Assembly: GCF_009914755.1 (NCBI RefSeq)
Contig: NC_060931.1
DNA length: 64,000 bases
Reading direction: 5' to 3' (one strand)
Source of the DNA: the human T2T-CHM13v2.0 reference genome, Homo sapiens
Made by a program: the position numbers and the translations under genes. Shown here piece after piece: positions 1 through 18,670 of this stretch (the stretch's first letter is position 1; each line of letters opens with the position of its first letter). The notes beneath the pieces were generated by a model that was given only the letters and a program-made list of their open reading frames with translations, was not told the origin of the DNA and did not search any database.

Positions 1-834
1 TCCCATTTGGACCATATCTCTAGCTTAAGTGCCATCATTGATCCGCTGGAAGTTACCCAAATTTCAGGCATGAACCCTGGAAAGAAAGAAATGGCTTATG
101 CATATAAACCTTGTCAAATTTGATCTATAATGTGGCCAGTGTTAGTCCCTAAGGCCTTGCTGAGAATTATTCATCTCTAAGGCTTTGCTGAGAATTATTT
201 TGTCAGAGCAGAAGTGCTAGGGGCATCCAGGTAGCTTGGAGCAGCTGGCCCCTTGGGGGTAGGAAGAAGACACACTAAACACAAGCAAATCCTTCTTTAT
301 AATTTTCCCCAACACAGGCCTTCCCCTGATATCCAAAGAGGTTGTTATTTCTAACATACCATAGTACCGAAGAACTGGGCAGGCATCTTCTTCATTTAAG
401 AGGGAGTTGCCATGAATACAACAGGTCAAGGAGTTCGGGAGATCCTTACCTGTCATCCTGCCCTGGTACTAGCAAAGGGAGGAAGTAGATCAGGGAAAGG
501 CATGTGGAAGAAAAGTGTTTTTATTTTTATGTTTTATTTTCACGTTTCAGCTGTTTTAGGGTCATCAGCCAACCTTTACAGTGTCTTCCCATAAAGTAGT
601 TAAGAGTCTAAATTGAGGAGCAACTGCATTTTTCAGACAGGGAAAAGGAAGCTGAGAGTTGAGCCACAGGGTAACTGGTCCTGTTTCCCAACCCACTGCA
701 TGGCCTCAAGGATCAGAGGTCCCCTGGCTTTTCTCTCCACCACTCACCTGGCAAATGCCTGTTGTTTACCCTGTGTGCTTGGCATTGTATGAGGTACCAT
801 TACCTGAAAAACAGTTTAGGGGACGTTTGCTCTG

Positions 835-1222
835 TTTCTATCTTAGTCAGCCCAGGCTGCCATAACAAAATAACACAGACTGGGCAGCTTAAGCAACAGA
901 CATTTATTTCTCATAGTTCTAGAGGCTGAGAAGTCCAAGATCAAGACGTCAGAAGACCTGTTCCTGGTGAGGGCTCTCTTTCTGGCTTGCTGAGGGCCAC
1001 CTTCTGGCTGCGTCCTTGTATAAACATTCCTCTGTGCATGGGTAGAGAAACAGATATATCTCCTCTTCTTATAAAGATATCTTTCCTATTAGATTAGGGC
1101 TCTACCTTTATAACCTCATTTAACCTTAGTCACCACCTAAAGGCCATATCTCCATATATAGTCACTCTGGGAGTTACGGTTTCAATATATAAATTTGGGG
1201 GTTGGGGGGATACAACTCACAC
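835..1222 (-). mobile_element. MaLR solo LTR (MLT1A-like)
   Basis: tcttagtcagcccaggctgccataacaaaataacacagactggg...catttatttctcatagttctagaggctgagaagtccaagatcaag is typical of a reverse-oriented MLT1A/MST LTR. Confidence 0.75.
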
Positions 1223-1265
1223 TGTAATGATTTCTTTCTGGAATTTTAAGATCTTGAAAAAGAGT

Positions 1266-1602
<337 letters not shown>

Positions 1603-2436
1603 TTACCTATTGGCCAAGGCATCTGAGATCACCTAGTCTGTGGGACAAGTGGGAAAACTGGGTTAAAAAATTCTTATTCTTCCAAATAGACAAGAGCAAT
1701 GAGATGGAGCCACAAAATAGTCACGCCTCTAGCACACACTCATAAACTGGTTGGGTAGAGAGTCACTTACACAGTCCTAGCCTTGTGCCTTGCACATAGT
1801 AGGTGTTCCATCCAAACTGGCTGAATGAATGAACAAATGAATGAGTGTGTGAACGACAATGATTTCCACTGAATGTGGTAAATGTCCAATACCTAGGATT
1901 TTAATAAAAAGAGGCTTGCTGTCTCCCTTCTGTCTGCCATTCACACAATTCTGAGCTTGAAGCTGAGCATCTCATTTTTCAGCCTTGGGTTTCTCTTACT
2001 TCATGTACTTTAGGAAGGGCAGAGCTTCCTCCAAGCCTTTGTGAAGTGAGCCTTAGATAAACTGCGGAGGTGTGAGAAGCACCTGTCTAAGAAGATCTAT
2101 AAAACGTCTCCTGTAGGTCTTTAATCCGATTCCTCCAGGGTGTGTGGCATTGGCGGTTCACCAAGGTTCAATCAAACGCAGAGAAGTGGGAATGGATTTC
2201 CTCTTGACGCAGTTGGCTAGATGGCGAGTCTCTTTGCTTTGCTTTTTTTTTTTTTTTTTTTTTGTCTTTTGCTTTGCACTTTTCACAAACCTATTTTGAG
2301 CTCTAAGATGGCTGGGACTCCAAAGAATCAGACAAATGCTTTTTGATAATCAAGGAGAAGTTTATTTAAAGATCTGTTTAAGGATTCTGCCAGCTTAACT
2401 TTAACTACACATGGGGTGTACTAAGTTAGAAAAATG

Positions 2437-2745
2437 GGCTGGGCACGGTGGCTCATACCTATAATCCCAGAGCTTTAGGAGGCCAAGGTGGGAGGATCGC
2501 TTGAGCTCAGGAGTTTGAGACCAGCCTGGGCAACATAGCAAGACCCTAGCTCTACAAAAATTTTAAAAATTAGCTCGGCGTGGTGGCATGTGCCTGTAGT
2601 CCCAGGTTTTCAGGAGGCTGAGGCAGGCGGATTGCTTAAGCCTGGTATATTGAGGCTGCAGTGAGCCATGATCATGTCATTGTACTCCAGCCTGGGTGAC
2701 AGAGTGAGACCCTCTCTCTAAAAAAAAAAAGAAAAGAAAAAAAAT
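2437..2745 (+). mobile_element. Alu (AluJ-like)
   Basis: ggctgggcacggtggctca...poly(A) tail. Confidence 0.92.
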
Positions 2746-3968
2746 GTTCAGCCTAAGTCTATTTCACAGTGACTTATGTTAATGGCAAAATGTTTCATAT
2801 TTTTCAAGCTAATTGAGATAAATCAAGAAAATTAAGTCTACCTTGCAAAACTTGAATCGGGATAAAGCTATCGGAGGAGGATCCCTACTCTAGCAAAACT
2901 ATAACATTAAATGTAGAAGACTTAATAAATATTTGATAAACTCAATTCAGTTTACCTTCATGGGGTGCCTAACATGTACATATAGGGGCATAATAATGAA
3001 TGCTACAAGGTTTACAAAAAAGAATACAATAGTTTGTCAAGGTGCTCTGGCTTCTTAAGAATTTCATATCACAATAATGTAAAAATATATAGCATTTGAG
3101 AAAAATTAGCTCATGCATTTTATCTTTAAGGATTCCACTTCCTCTATATACAATTTTAATCCTACCGTACGTCAGAAGAGCTTTGTAGACATAAACAAAA
3201 GTTCCAACCTTAAGAATAGCTTGTAAAATGTCGGTCGAGCCTCAATAATGTTGTTTTAAAAACATTAATTTAGACAAGGTGTTCTAGCTGAGAGCCGAAA
3301 CAAAGGAACGGAATTCATTTATGGGTTCCTCCGCCAGGGGTACACACACATTCCCACCATCATTTGCTGATTTAATTCTATCTTTGGCTCGAGATGTTTT
3401 CCCTGAGCTCCCATGAAGAAATCCACCCAGAGAGAAGCAAGTTCTCTCACCCACGGAACTCAATCTGGGCTTGAGAGCAGAGAAATAACACTAGTTCCTC
3501 TCAAAAAGGCTCTTATTACTGTGGGATTCTTCCCCCCCGCCTCCCTCCCCACACTTTCCAAAAGGCTCTATAGAAAGTCTCCATGATTTGCTCCTTTTGT
3601 GTTTCTCATTAGGGCTGAGAGGAACCCTATTGAGCTGCCCTGACATTATCTTGATCCACCTGATGCCTGGGTGCTTGGCAATGTCATTTTGCTCGAGAGA
3701 TAATACCTACCCTGATTATGTCCATCAGAGAGCCGGGCATGGAAAAAGTCAGCATAAAGCTGCTATCGGAAACGAAGTTCTCTTTCGGACTGTGGCAGCT
3801 CAGGGCAAGGCCAGCCAAGTGCCTACGATTCCAGGACACTGTGAACCTGCAGGCCAGCAAAGCACTCCTGTTTCCTCATTTACCCTGCCCTTCTGGGGAC
3901 TCACATCCCCCCTTGGTTTGAGGACTCCAGGGGAAAATAAGCACAACTGACGTTGGTCTTAGGGATAA

Positions 3969-4806
<838 letters not shown>

Positions 4807-5325
4807 TGAGAATGGAAGCTTTTAGACCAGTGCCAGATGCAGATGAAGCTTTCGTTCAGTGTTGATTATTATTGTATTGTTGTATTGGTATTATGATCTG
4901 GCGTGGTCCAAAACACCATTAGTAAAACACTAATGTTCCCCAGAAGCCTAAACACAAGGAAAAGACTAAAAATAAGCCTAGTATGTGAATCACACAGCAT
5001 ATCAAGGAAAATTACAAGGAGAGAAATTACATGGCCCAGCCAGGAAAACTGAATCATGAAAACCAAGCAGTAATGCTATCCAAGGTGAATCTTTTCACCA
5101 GCCAGGGAGGTAAGAATTAAGCAAATTTGTTCTCAAGAAAGATATGGCAGAGAGCTTTCTCTGAAAAAGAAAAACTGAACAATCTGCTTAGTAAAAGCTC
5201 TTAGGAAAAAATATTTCCTTCACCAAATTCATATTCAAAATGATCGTGAGCCAAAAAAGGAGGTGGGGGTATTTTTCCTCTAGTGAATTGAGATAGAAAG
5301 TTTCTTATAAATTAAAAACTTTCAG

Positions 5326-5978
<653 letters not shown>

Positions 5979-7075
5979 TTAACCCCATCCTATTAAAATA
6001 AACACACCTTCTTAGATATCCTAAATTTTACTGTCTTAGGCTGGATTTCTGCATGCAAGTAGTTCACTGGGGACTGTCACTTCTGAGCCTTTGAATCTTT
6101 GTTCATCATCTGCCACAGTAGTTCTGACATTTCTGCTTCCTTTAATGTGAGCCTCTACTTTCTCCAATATTCAAGATTTATCCTAGCAGCACGTTAGCAC
6201 ACTTTCCAGGGGTCTTTGCAGGGTGTCCGATGCAGTATACATACACGGGACAGTGTTTTCATACCAACAAACTCTTCCACATCCAATCCTTCCCCTTGGT
6301 CCAGCACCCCAAGAATCCAATCCCATGCATACTATTCACCCCATGGGTACAATCCCTCTGGTTCCTTAGCAGGTCCAGTCCTCTTCAGATGGCGCTGTGA
6401 TGGCTTGATCCTTGACATTTGTCTGGTGCCAGGAGGGGAGATCAGGCCCCTCCTCACTGGTGTGCACATCACCCTGAAAAGCTGACGCTTCTCTACAGTC
6501 TTCCAGCAGCCTCTAACGAGGAAGGGGTGGGCTCCTGCTGCAGGGTCAGGGGGTTTAGAGGGGTCTGGGGCTTCAAGATTCTCAAGTGCATCAACCCAGG
6601 TGACCCCATCTCAATCCTCAGGGTCCCATCCCTTCCCTTTCAGGCTCTGAGCTGACTCAGCAGACTTGCTGGAACTGAGAATACAGTCCACTCTGGAGGA
6701 CTGGGGCTAATCGAACAGTGAAGACCTGGGCTTGACTTTTCCTGTTTTCTGGCTGCAGGAGATAAGAGTCTCTTTCTATGCTATGAGAAGGCCCTCTGCA
6801 TTTCACACTTCGACCCTTATGATCTTCCTCCAAGGCATCGGTGGGTGCTCATTAAAAAGCATCTCATTTCATTGGGATCACTCATTTCATTATAATATTA
6901 CTTCATTCCCTTAACCTCTCAAAAGCCAGAGAGATTGCCCAAGCCAGAATGCCCCTTTCCCTTCACCACCTGTGTGAGTTTCACCCTTGCATCACTACAG
7001 CCAACCAGGTGTTACCAGCACCCCATTTGCCACTGGCGCAGCCTCACCTGGGGGGCTGGGATCCAAATATCCGGC

Positions 7076-7235
7076 TTTTTTTTTTTTTTGAGACAGGGTC
7101 TCACTCTGTTGTCCAGGCTGGAGTGCAGTGGTGTGTTCATAGCTCACAGCAGCCTAGAACAACTGGGCTCAAGCGATCCTCCCGTCTCAGCCCCGCAAAG
7201 TGCTGGGATTTAGGTGTGAGCCACTGCATCCGGCC
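7076..7235 (-). mobile_element. Alu monomer
   Basis: Poly(T) followed by gagacagggtctcactctgttgtccaggctggagtgcagtgg. Confidence 0.85.
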
Positions 7236-7826
7236 CCATAGCCTACTTTTGAGTCAGCTTCCTTGGACAGCTCCTGATGCCAACTGTCTTAAGTCCATTT
7301 CTGCAGAAATAGGCTCTCAGTCTGAGATGTGCATGCAGGATGTTGACTGGGGAGGCGTAGAGTCCATCATCAGTGGGAGAATGAAGGTTGAAGGAGTTAA
7401 ACTACAAGGCAGTTGCAACAAATGCTTCAGTACATTCTGCAGAAGCTCCGGAGCAGTGCAGTCCCCTCAGGGCTATCTGTCCTGAGATGATGGGGCCTGA
7501 ATCTTCAGACTGTCCCATGAGCCAGTCATGGGAGGTGGCTGTCCTGGGGAGGCAGTGTGACTTTGGGTGAGGACAGTTTCCAGACAGGGACTGAAGATGG
7601 CCACTCCCCAAGCAGCAGGCAACCCCTCATCACCTCCCTCCACCCTGGGCCCCTCCTTATTGCAGCCAGAGTGGGGAAACCGCAGCAAATCTCATCACAT
7701 GACCACTGTCCTACCTAAAACCCTTTCCTGGCTTCCCAGTGCCCTCAGAATCAAGCCCAGCTGCTGTCACATAGTTCTTCATTAAGGCTTTGCATGATCT
7801 GATATCTGAGGATTGTTGCAGCCCCA

Positions 7827-8764
<938 letters not shown>

Positions 8765-9520
8765 TTTTTGCTAACTTTTGATCACACACATTTGTACCTA
8801 AATTGCTTCCACAACATTAACCAGTTATTTTGCTGGGGACACTTTCAGTATTGCAACTTAGACAAGGACAAACTCTAAAAGCATGAATTGCTATGAATGC
8901 CTAGAATCCTCTTCTGAATCCACGCTACCTCTCTGCCCCTCTCTGAATGAATATATATGCCTGGTGTAGACAAGTCACATCTATAAACTAAACTTGAATT
9001 TTTTCCAGATGCCATAAGTATGATGTTTAACAATGAGAAGCTGATAAGAGAGAAGTCTTTCAAACCTTGAAGCTGCATTTCAGAAATAGCTACAGATAGA
9101 GATATAAGCTATTAGGCCTTTTCCCAAAAGAACGTGAGTAGAATGAAAAATCCATCTCAGCATGGATGAAAGAAAAATAAGAAATAGGGTTTTTGTGTGT
9201 GGACACAGTATTGGTATGATAAAGGGAAAACTGAACTTTGAGCATGTACAAGTCTGATATTTATGAATCACCAAATGTATCATCTTCATCACTTTATTAG
9301 ACGTCTTCATTTTTATCGTGACACTAATAATAATAGTGAGTGCTGCTGTGTACCAAGTCCCACAATCATCACTTAACAAATAAGTAGTATGTCATCTAAT
9401 ATAACGACCCTATGAAAAGATATGATTAGTGCCATCTTATGGAAAAGGAAATTAAATCTGTTTTTAGATCATCAGCTCAAATTATAAGATTAGTAGTGAA
9501 CACAGGTTTGTTTGATCTAA

Positions 9521-11050
<1,530 letters not shown>

Positions 11051-11483
11051 CAGAAGTCCTCCGGTCTATGTGGCTGTGACTTATTGGCTGGTGATCTTTC
11101 CCACAAAGGAGTGGTTCCAAGCCCGCCCTGGCAGCATGCTTTTATCACCAAGGAGGCTTTAAAACCAACACAAATGCCAGGGCCCTGCCCCTGGAGCATG
11201 TGGTTGAATTGGCTGGATCCCTGACATTCATATATTTAAAAGCTTCCCAGATGGTTCCATTGTCCAGGGGGAAGAAGCTCAGCTGGGGTACTGGCCCCCT
11301 TCACTGGGAGGGACCTCAACTACCAATACACAGGACATGCTTTTTTTCTTTAGGCTTATCAGATTCCTTGGAAGAGAATCTTTCAATCTCCCACCTTATG
11401 GGTAGGTGTCTAAGGTTCTATGACCCTACTGGGGGAAGTGGCTGAGGGTCTCTTTAATCAGTACATAGGTATGGAAATGCTGG

Positions 11484-13113
<1,630 letters not shown>

Positions 13114-13969
13114 TTATTGTTCTCTTCTCCTTTGCAGTTCTCTTTATCCTTGCAGCTCATATCCATTTTAATCCCTTTTCTGCCACTTTCAGTGAGGTTG
13201 CAGGAGGGTATTTAATCCACCAGGTTTTCCCGAAGTCTCATGATACAGATTGAGTGAATAAAGAACACTGCAGAAAAAAATTAATACAGAAATATCTGTT
13301 TTCCGTAGATCACAAAGAGAAAATTACAAAACCATGATATATGAGTTTATATATTTGTATATGTTTGTGCATGTATTTTAATACACAGAATGGAAGGATA
13401 TATATACTCCTGACTGTTAAGGTGACTTATCTCAGGCCTCCAGGAAGTTGTGTTAGAGTAGAAACGGGGAAGGGACTATTATTTTAAAATCTATTTAGCA
13501 CTTAATTATTCAAATTACTATGAAGAGTAAGTACTGCTTGTGTAATTAAACATATTGAAAATATATTTGCTTTGCAAAAAGTGGCCATTTAAAAAAAATT
13601 CACATAGTGACCCCACCCAGGGGTTGGCAGACCTGGGGGTTCAGGGAAGAAAAATTTCTAATTCCCTGATGTTGTCTCAGATTTAGGCTGGACCTACCCC
13701 GAACCAGCTAAATCCAAATATTCAAGTATGTGAAGCTTGGACTTCAGCCTGTTTACATCTTGATACTGGTACAGTATAAATTAGGAGTTCTGAAGCCTGA
13801 CCGCATAGCCTGAACTAGTCAACAATCATAGCACCAAAGACAGCAAAACACCTCATTGCCCCAACCTCAGACTGGTTAAATCCCTGGGTGATTCTAATGT
13901 CCGGGCAGGGTTGATGTTCATTGATATGAATGGAATTTTGATCAATGTTTAAAAGTCAGTTAAACCAGT

Positions 13970-14396
13970 CGCTATGGTTTGAGCATTTGTCCCCTCCAAA
14001 ACTCATGTTGAAATGCAATCTCCGATGCACCAGTGTTGAGAAGTGGGGTCTTTAAGAGGTGATTAGATCATGAGGGCTCTGTCCTCATGGATGGATTAAC
14101 CCATTCATGGATTAATGGATTAATGGATTGACATGGGAGTGAGACTGGTGGCCGTAATTTATGAAGGAGAGGAAGAAAGATCTGAGCTAGCACGTTCAGC
14201 CCCCTCCCCACGTGATGCCCTGCACCATCCAGGCACTCTGCAGAGAGTCCCCATCAGCAAGGAGGCCCTCACCAGATGCAGTCCCTCAACCCTGGACTTC
14301 CTCAGCTTCTAGGACTATAAGAAATAAATTCCTTTTATTTATAAATTACCCAGTTTCAGGTATTCTGCTATATGCAACAGAAAATGGACTAAGACA
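13970..14396 (+). mobile_element. MaLR solo LTR (MST family)
   Basis: Begins gctatggtttgagcatttgtcccctccaaaactcatgttgaaa, has an internal AATAAA, ends aaatggactaagaca. Confidence 0.85.
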
Positions 14397-14695
14397 TCAG
14401 CACCCTGGTGTCGCCCAGACCTTACAAACAGATTGCTTTACTAGATTTTTAAAAATTATTCAACGTTCTGACATTGCATAGCACAATACCATGCAAGTTT
14501 TTAGTCTGAGTCTTAAAATATAGCCTAGTTTTGGCTTTGCTAGAACCACAGTGATCAACCGAGCAGTATATCTCATAGCATTTTGAAGCAGATGCTCTCT
14601 CATGGGCCTTAGAGATCATGCAAGTCTTCATTTTACAGATGAGGAAATATCACCCAGGAGGATTCTTTCACAGATTTACTGTATTGAGGGTGGGT

Positions 14696-14721
14696 GAGAG
14701 GGAAGAGAGGGAGAGAGAGAG

Positions 14722-14762
<41 letters not shown>

Positions 14763-14824
14763 CAGGGAGAGAGAGGAGGAGGAGGAGGAAGGAAGGTAGG
14801 AAAGAAAGGAGGGAGGGAGGGAGA
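14696..14824. repeat. Compound microsatellite (GA)n(GT)12(GA)n plus GGA/GGAA purine tract
   Basis: Read directly. Confidence 0.95.
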
Positions 14825-15460
14825 ATGAGTGTTGTAAAAGACTTGTATTACTTTTACAGGTTTATGTAGCTGGTTTATTCTATATTATGTCAGGAAGGTT
14901 CTCTAAGGATCAGTTTTACTTAACCTTGAAAAAAAAGCAGTCAAAGTCCAAATGAATTGTTGGAAATTGCTCATCTGTTCTTCCTTGCGGATTTTTACTA
15001 ACTCAGCTCCAGCCCTGGCCTTGGCCTCTTGCAGAAAGTAAAGAATATACACATTTAAAATTTCTATATCTTTACCCAATGTACTTCTTTAAGAGGTGGT
15101 GGTTTTCTTCTTTGCAGTTTTATTGAAAGTATCTTGTTTCAGAAAGAAATCTTCTTGGCTTCACCTGAAATGTCCCAGAATAAATGCAGTGCTGCATAAA
15201 CAAGGCCTTGGACTACGAGTTTATGAGTCTGAGAGCCACAGAAGGCTTAACGATTACGTTTTTTTTATTGAGGTCAAAGTGAGTAATAAGACAAGATGGT
15301 TCACAGCAGAAAATAGGTTACTCATGTCATAAGCCAGGACTCTATGGTCAGAAGGGAGGAAATAAATTAATGCTTAATAGATGAAAATGTATTATTGATC
15401 TTTCTTCTACTAAAATTATACTACATCTCCATGCCAGGCCATTACAAATGTCAGCTCATG

Positions 15461-16235
<775 letters not shown>

Positions 16236-16239
16236 TATA

Positions 16240-18670
16240 TCACCTTTTTTTTAAACAGTTTTATTAGTATATAATTTGCACACTATAAATTTCACCTGTG
16301 TTAAGAGTGCACTTCAATTGTTTTTAGTAAATAATTTTAGTAACCATCATCACAATTTAGTTTTAGAACATTCCTATTGCCCCCAGAAGACCATTGCGCT
16401 CATTTGCAATCAATTGCTATTCCCATCCCAGCCCAAGGCAACTACTAATCTACTTTCTGTCTATAAATCTGTCTTTTCTGGACACTTCCTATAAACAGAA
16501 TTACAGGTTATGTAGGCTTCTTTCACTTAGTGTAATGTTTTTAATGTTCATCCATGTCGTAGCAGTTCCTTTCCTTTTATTACTGTGTAGTATTCCATGG
16601 TATGGATGTATCGCATTTTGTTTATCCATTCACTAGTTGATAGATATTTGGAACATACTACTTCTTGGCTATTCTGAATAATGCTTCTATGAACATTTGT
16701 GTGCAAGCTTTTGTGTAAGCAAATGTTTTCATTTCTCTTGGGGAGATACCTAGGAGTGAGGTTGGTGGGTCATATGGCAAATGTGTGTTTAACTTTATAA
16801 GAAGCCACCAAACAGTTTTGCTAAATGACGAGTATTTTTTATTTTAGCCATTTGAATTGGTGTGTAGTGGTTTTGATTTGCATTTCCCCAATGACTAATA
16901 ATGTTGACTGCCTTTTCATGTACTTACTAGTCATTTCTATATCTTCTTTTGTGATCACTGGCTTATTTATTTGTCTATTTTTATTGTTTCATTGAGGTAT
17001 AATTGACATAAAATAAACTTCACATATTTAAAGCATACAACTTAGTAAATTTTTACAGATGTATAATCCATAAAGCCATCACTACAATCAAGATAATGAC
17101 TATATACATCTGCTATAGTTTGAATGTTTGTCTTCACAAACCTCATGTTGAAATCTGAACCCCAGTGTTGGAGGTGGGGCCTAATGGGAGGTGTTTGGGT
17201 CATGGGGTTGGATTCCCCATGAATGGCTAATGAGTGAGTTCTTACTCTATTAGTTTCCACAAGAGCTGGCTGCTAAAAAGACTCTGGCAGAGGATCACTC
17301 CGGTCCCAGAGTTTGAAGCTGCAGTGAGTTATGATCATACCACTGCATTGCAGGCTGGGTTACAGAGCAAGACCCAATCTCTACAAAAATGTTTTAAAAA
17401 ACTAGCTGGGCATGGTGGCTCACGCCTTTAGTCCCAGCTACTCAGGAGGCTGAGGTGGGAGAATTGCTTGAGCCCAGTTGGAGTTGGAGGCTACAGTGAG
17501 CTGTGATTGCTCCACTGCACTCCAGCCTGGGCAGCAGAGTGAGATTTGGTCTCAAAGAAAAAATAAAAGACCCTATCTTCCTTGCCTCCTCTCTCATCAT
17601 GTCATCTCTGCCCTCACCAGCTCCTCTTCCACGAGTGGAAAAAGCTTGAGGCCCTTACCAGATGTAGATGTTGGCGCCGTGCTTCCTGTACAGCCTGCAG
17701 AACCATGAGCCAAATAAACCTCTTTTCTTCATAAATAACCCAGCCTCAGGCATTCCTTTATAGCAGCACAAATGGACTAAGATTTCATCACTCCTAAAAG
17801 TTTCCTTTTGGCCATCTGTAATTCCTCCCAGACTCTCTCCAGTTCTCCACCCTCCCTTGCTGATTTGCTTTCTGTCCCTATAGACATATAGATCTGTTTT
17901 GCATTTTGTAGAATTTCACATAAGTGGAATAATGAGTACTACTCTTCTTTTTCTGCCTTCCCTCAATCATAATTGTTTTGAGATTCATCTGTGTTGTTGC
18001 ACATATTAATAGTTCATTCCATCTCATTTCTGAGTATTTAGCACAATTTACTTATCCACACATATATTGGTGAATATTTGGATTGTTTCCACTTCCTGGC
18101 TATTCCAAATAAAGCTGCTGTCAACATCCACATACAAGTCTTTGTATAAAGGTAGCTTTCGTTTCTCTTTGGTAAATATATTGGAATAGAATGGCTGGAA
18201 ATGCTAGCATATGTTTAATTTTTTAAAACCTGTTTTCCAGCACCAAACTGTTTTCCACAGTGGTTGTACCATTTTATATTCCTACAGCAATAGACGAGCG
18301 TTTAGGTTTCTCCACATCTTTGCTAACACTTGGTGTGTTCAGTTGTTTATTATTTTAGACGGTCTAGTGGGTGTGTACTGGTATCCCATGGCTGGAATTT
18401 GCACTTCTCCAATATCTAATGATGTTATACATCTTTTCATGTGTTTATTAGCCACCTGTAGCTCCTCTTTGGTGAGGCACCTGTTTAAATCTTCTACCGT
18501 TTGTGAGTTGTGTTGTTTGTTTTCTTGTGCTGGAGTTTGAGAGTTCTTTATATATTCTGGATAAAAGTACTTGGTCAAATCTGTAATCCGAAAATATTTT
18601 TTCCAGTCTTTTGCTTAATTGTTTTTGTGTTCTCTTAACAATGTCTTTCAAAGAGCAAAAAATTCTTAAC
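16240..18670 (-). mobile_element. Old L1M 3' fragments (antisense) with nested insertions
   Basis: Typical L1MB/ME 3' text: tagtattccatggtatggatgta, caccaaactgttttccacagtggttgtaccatttta, gagttctttatatattctggata. Confidence 0.8.
17111..17784 (+). mobile_element. MST-family LTR inserted in L1M and itself interrupted by Alu sequence (about 17288-17570)
   Basis: tgctatagtttgaatgtttgtc...aatggactaaga, with degenerate 5-bp TSD acatc/tcatc. Confidence 0.8.

Noticed and set aside
4966-4975. MEF2 consensus CTAAAAATAA, and similar lone motifs such as AP-1 TGACTCA at 20396
   Set aside because: Isolated short motifs are expected by chance in 64 kb without supporting context.
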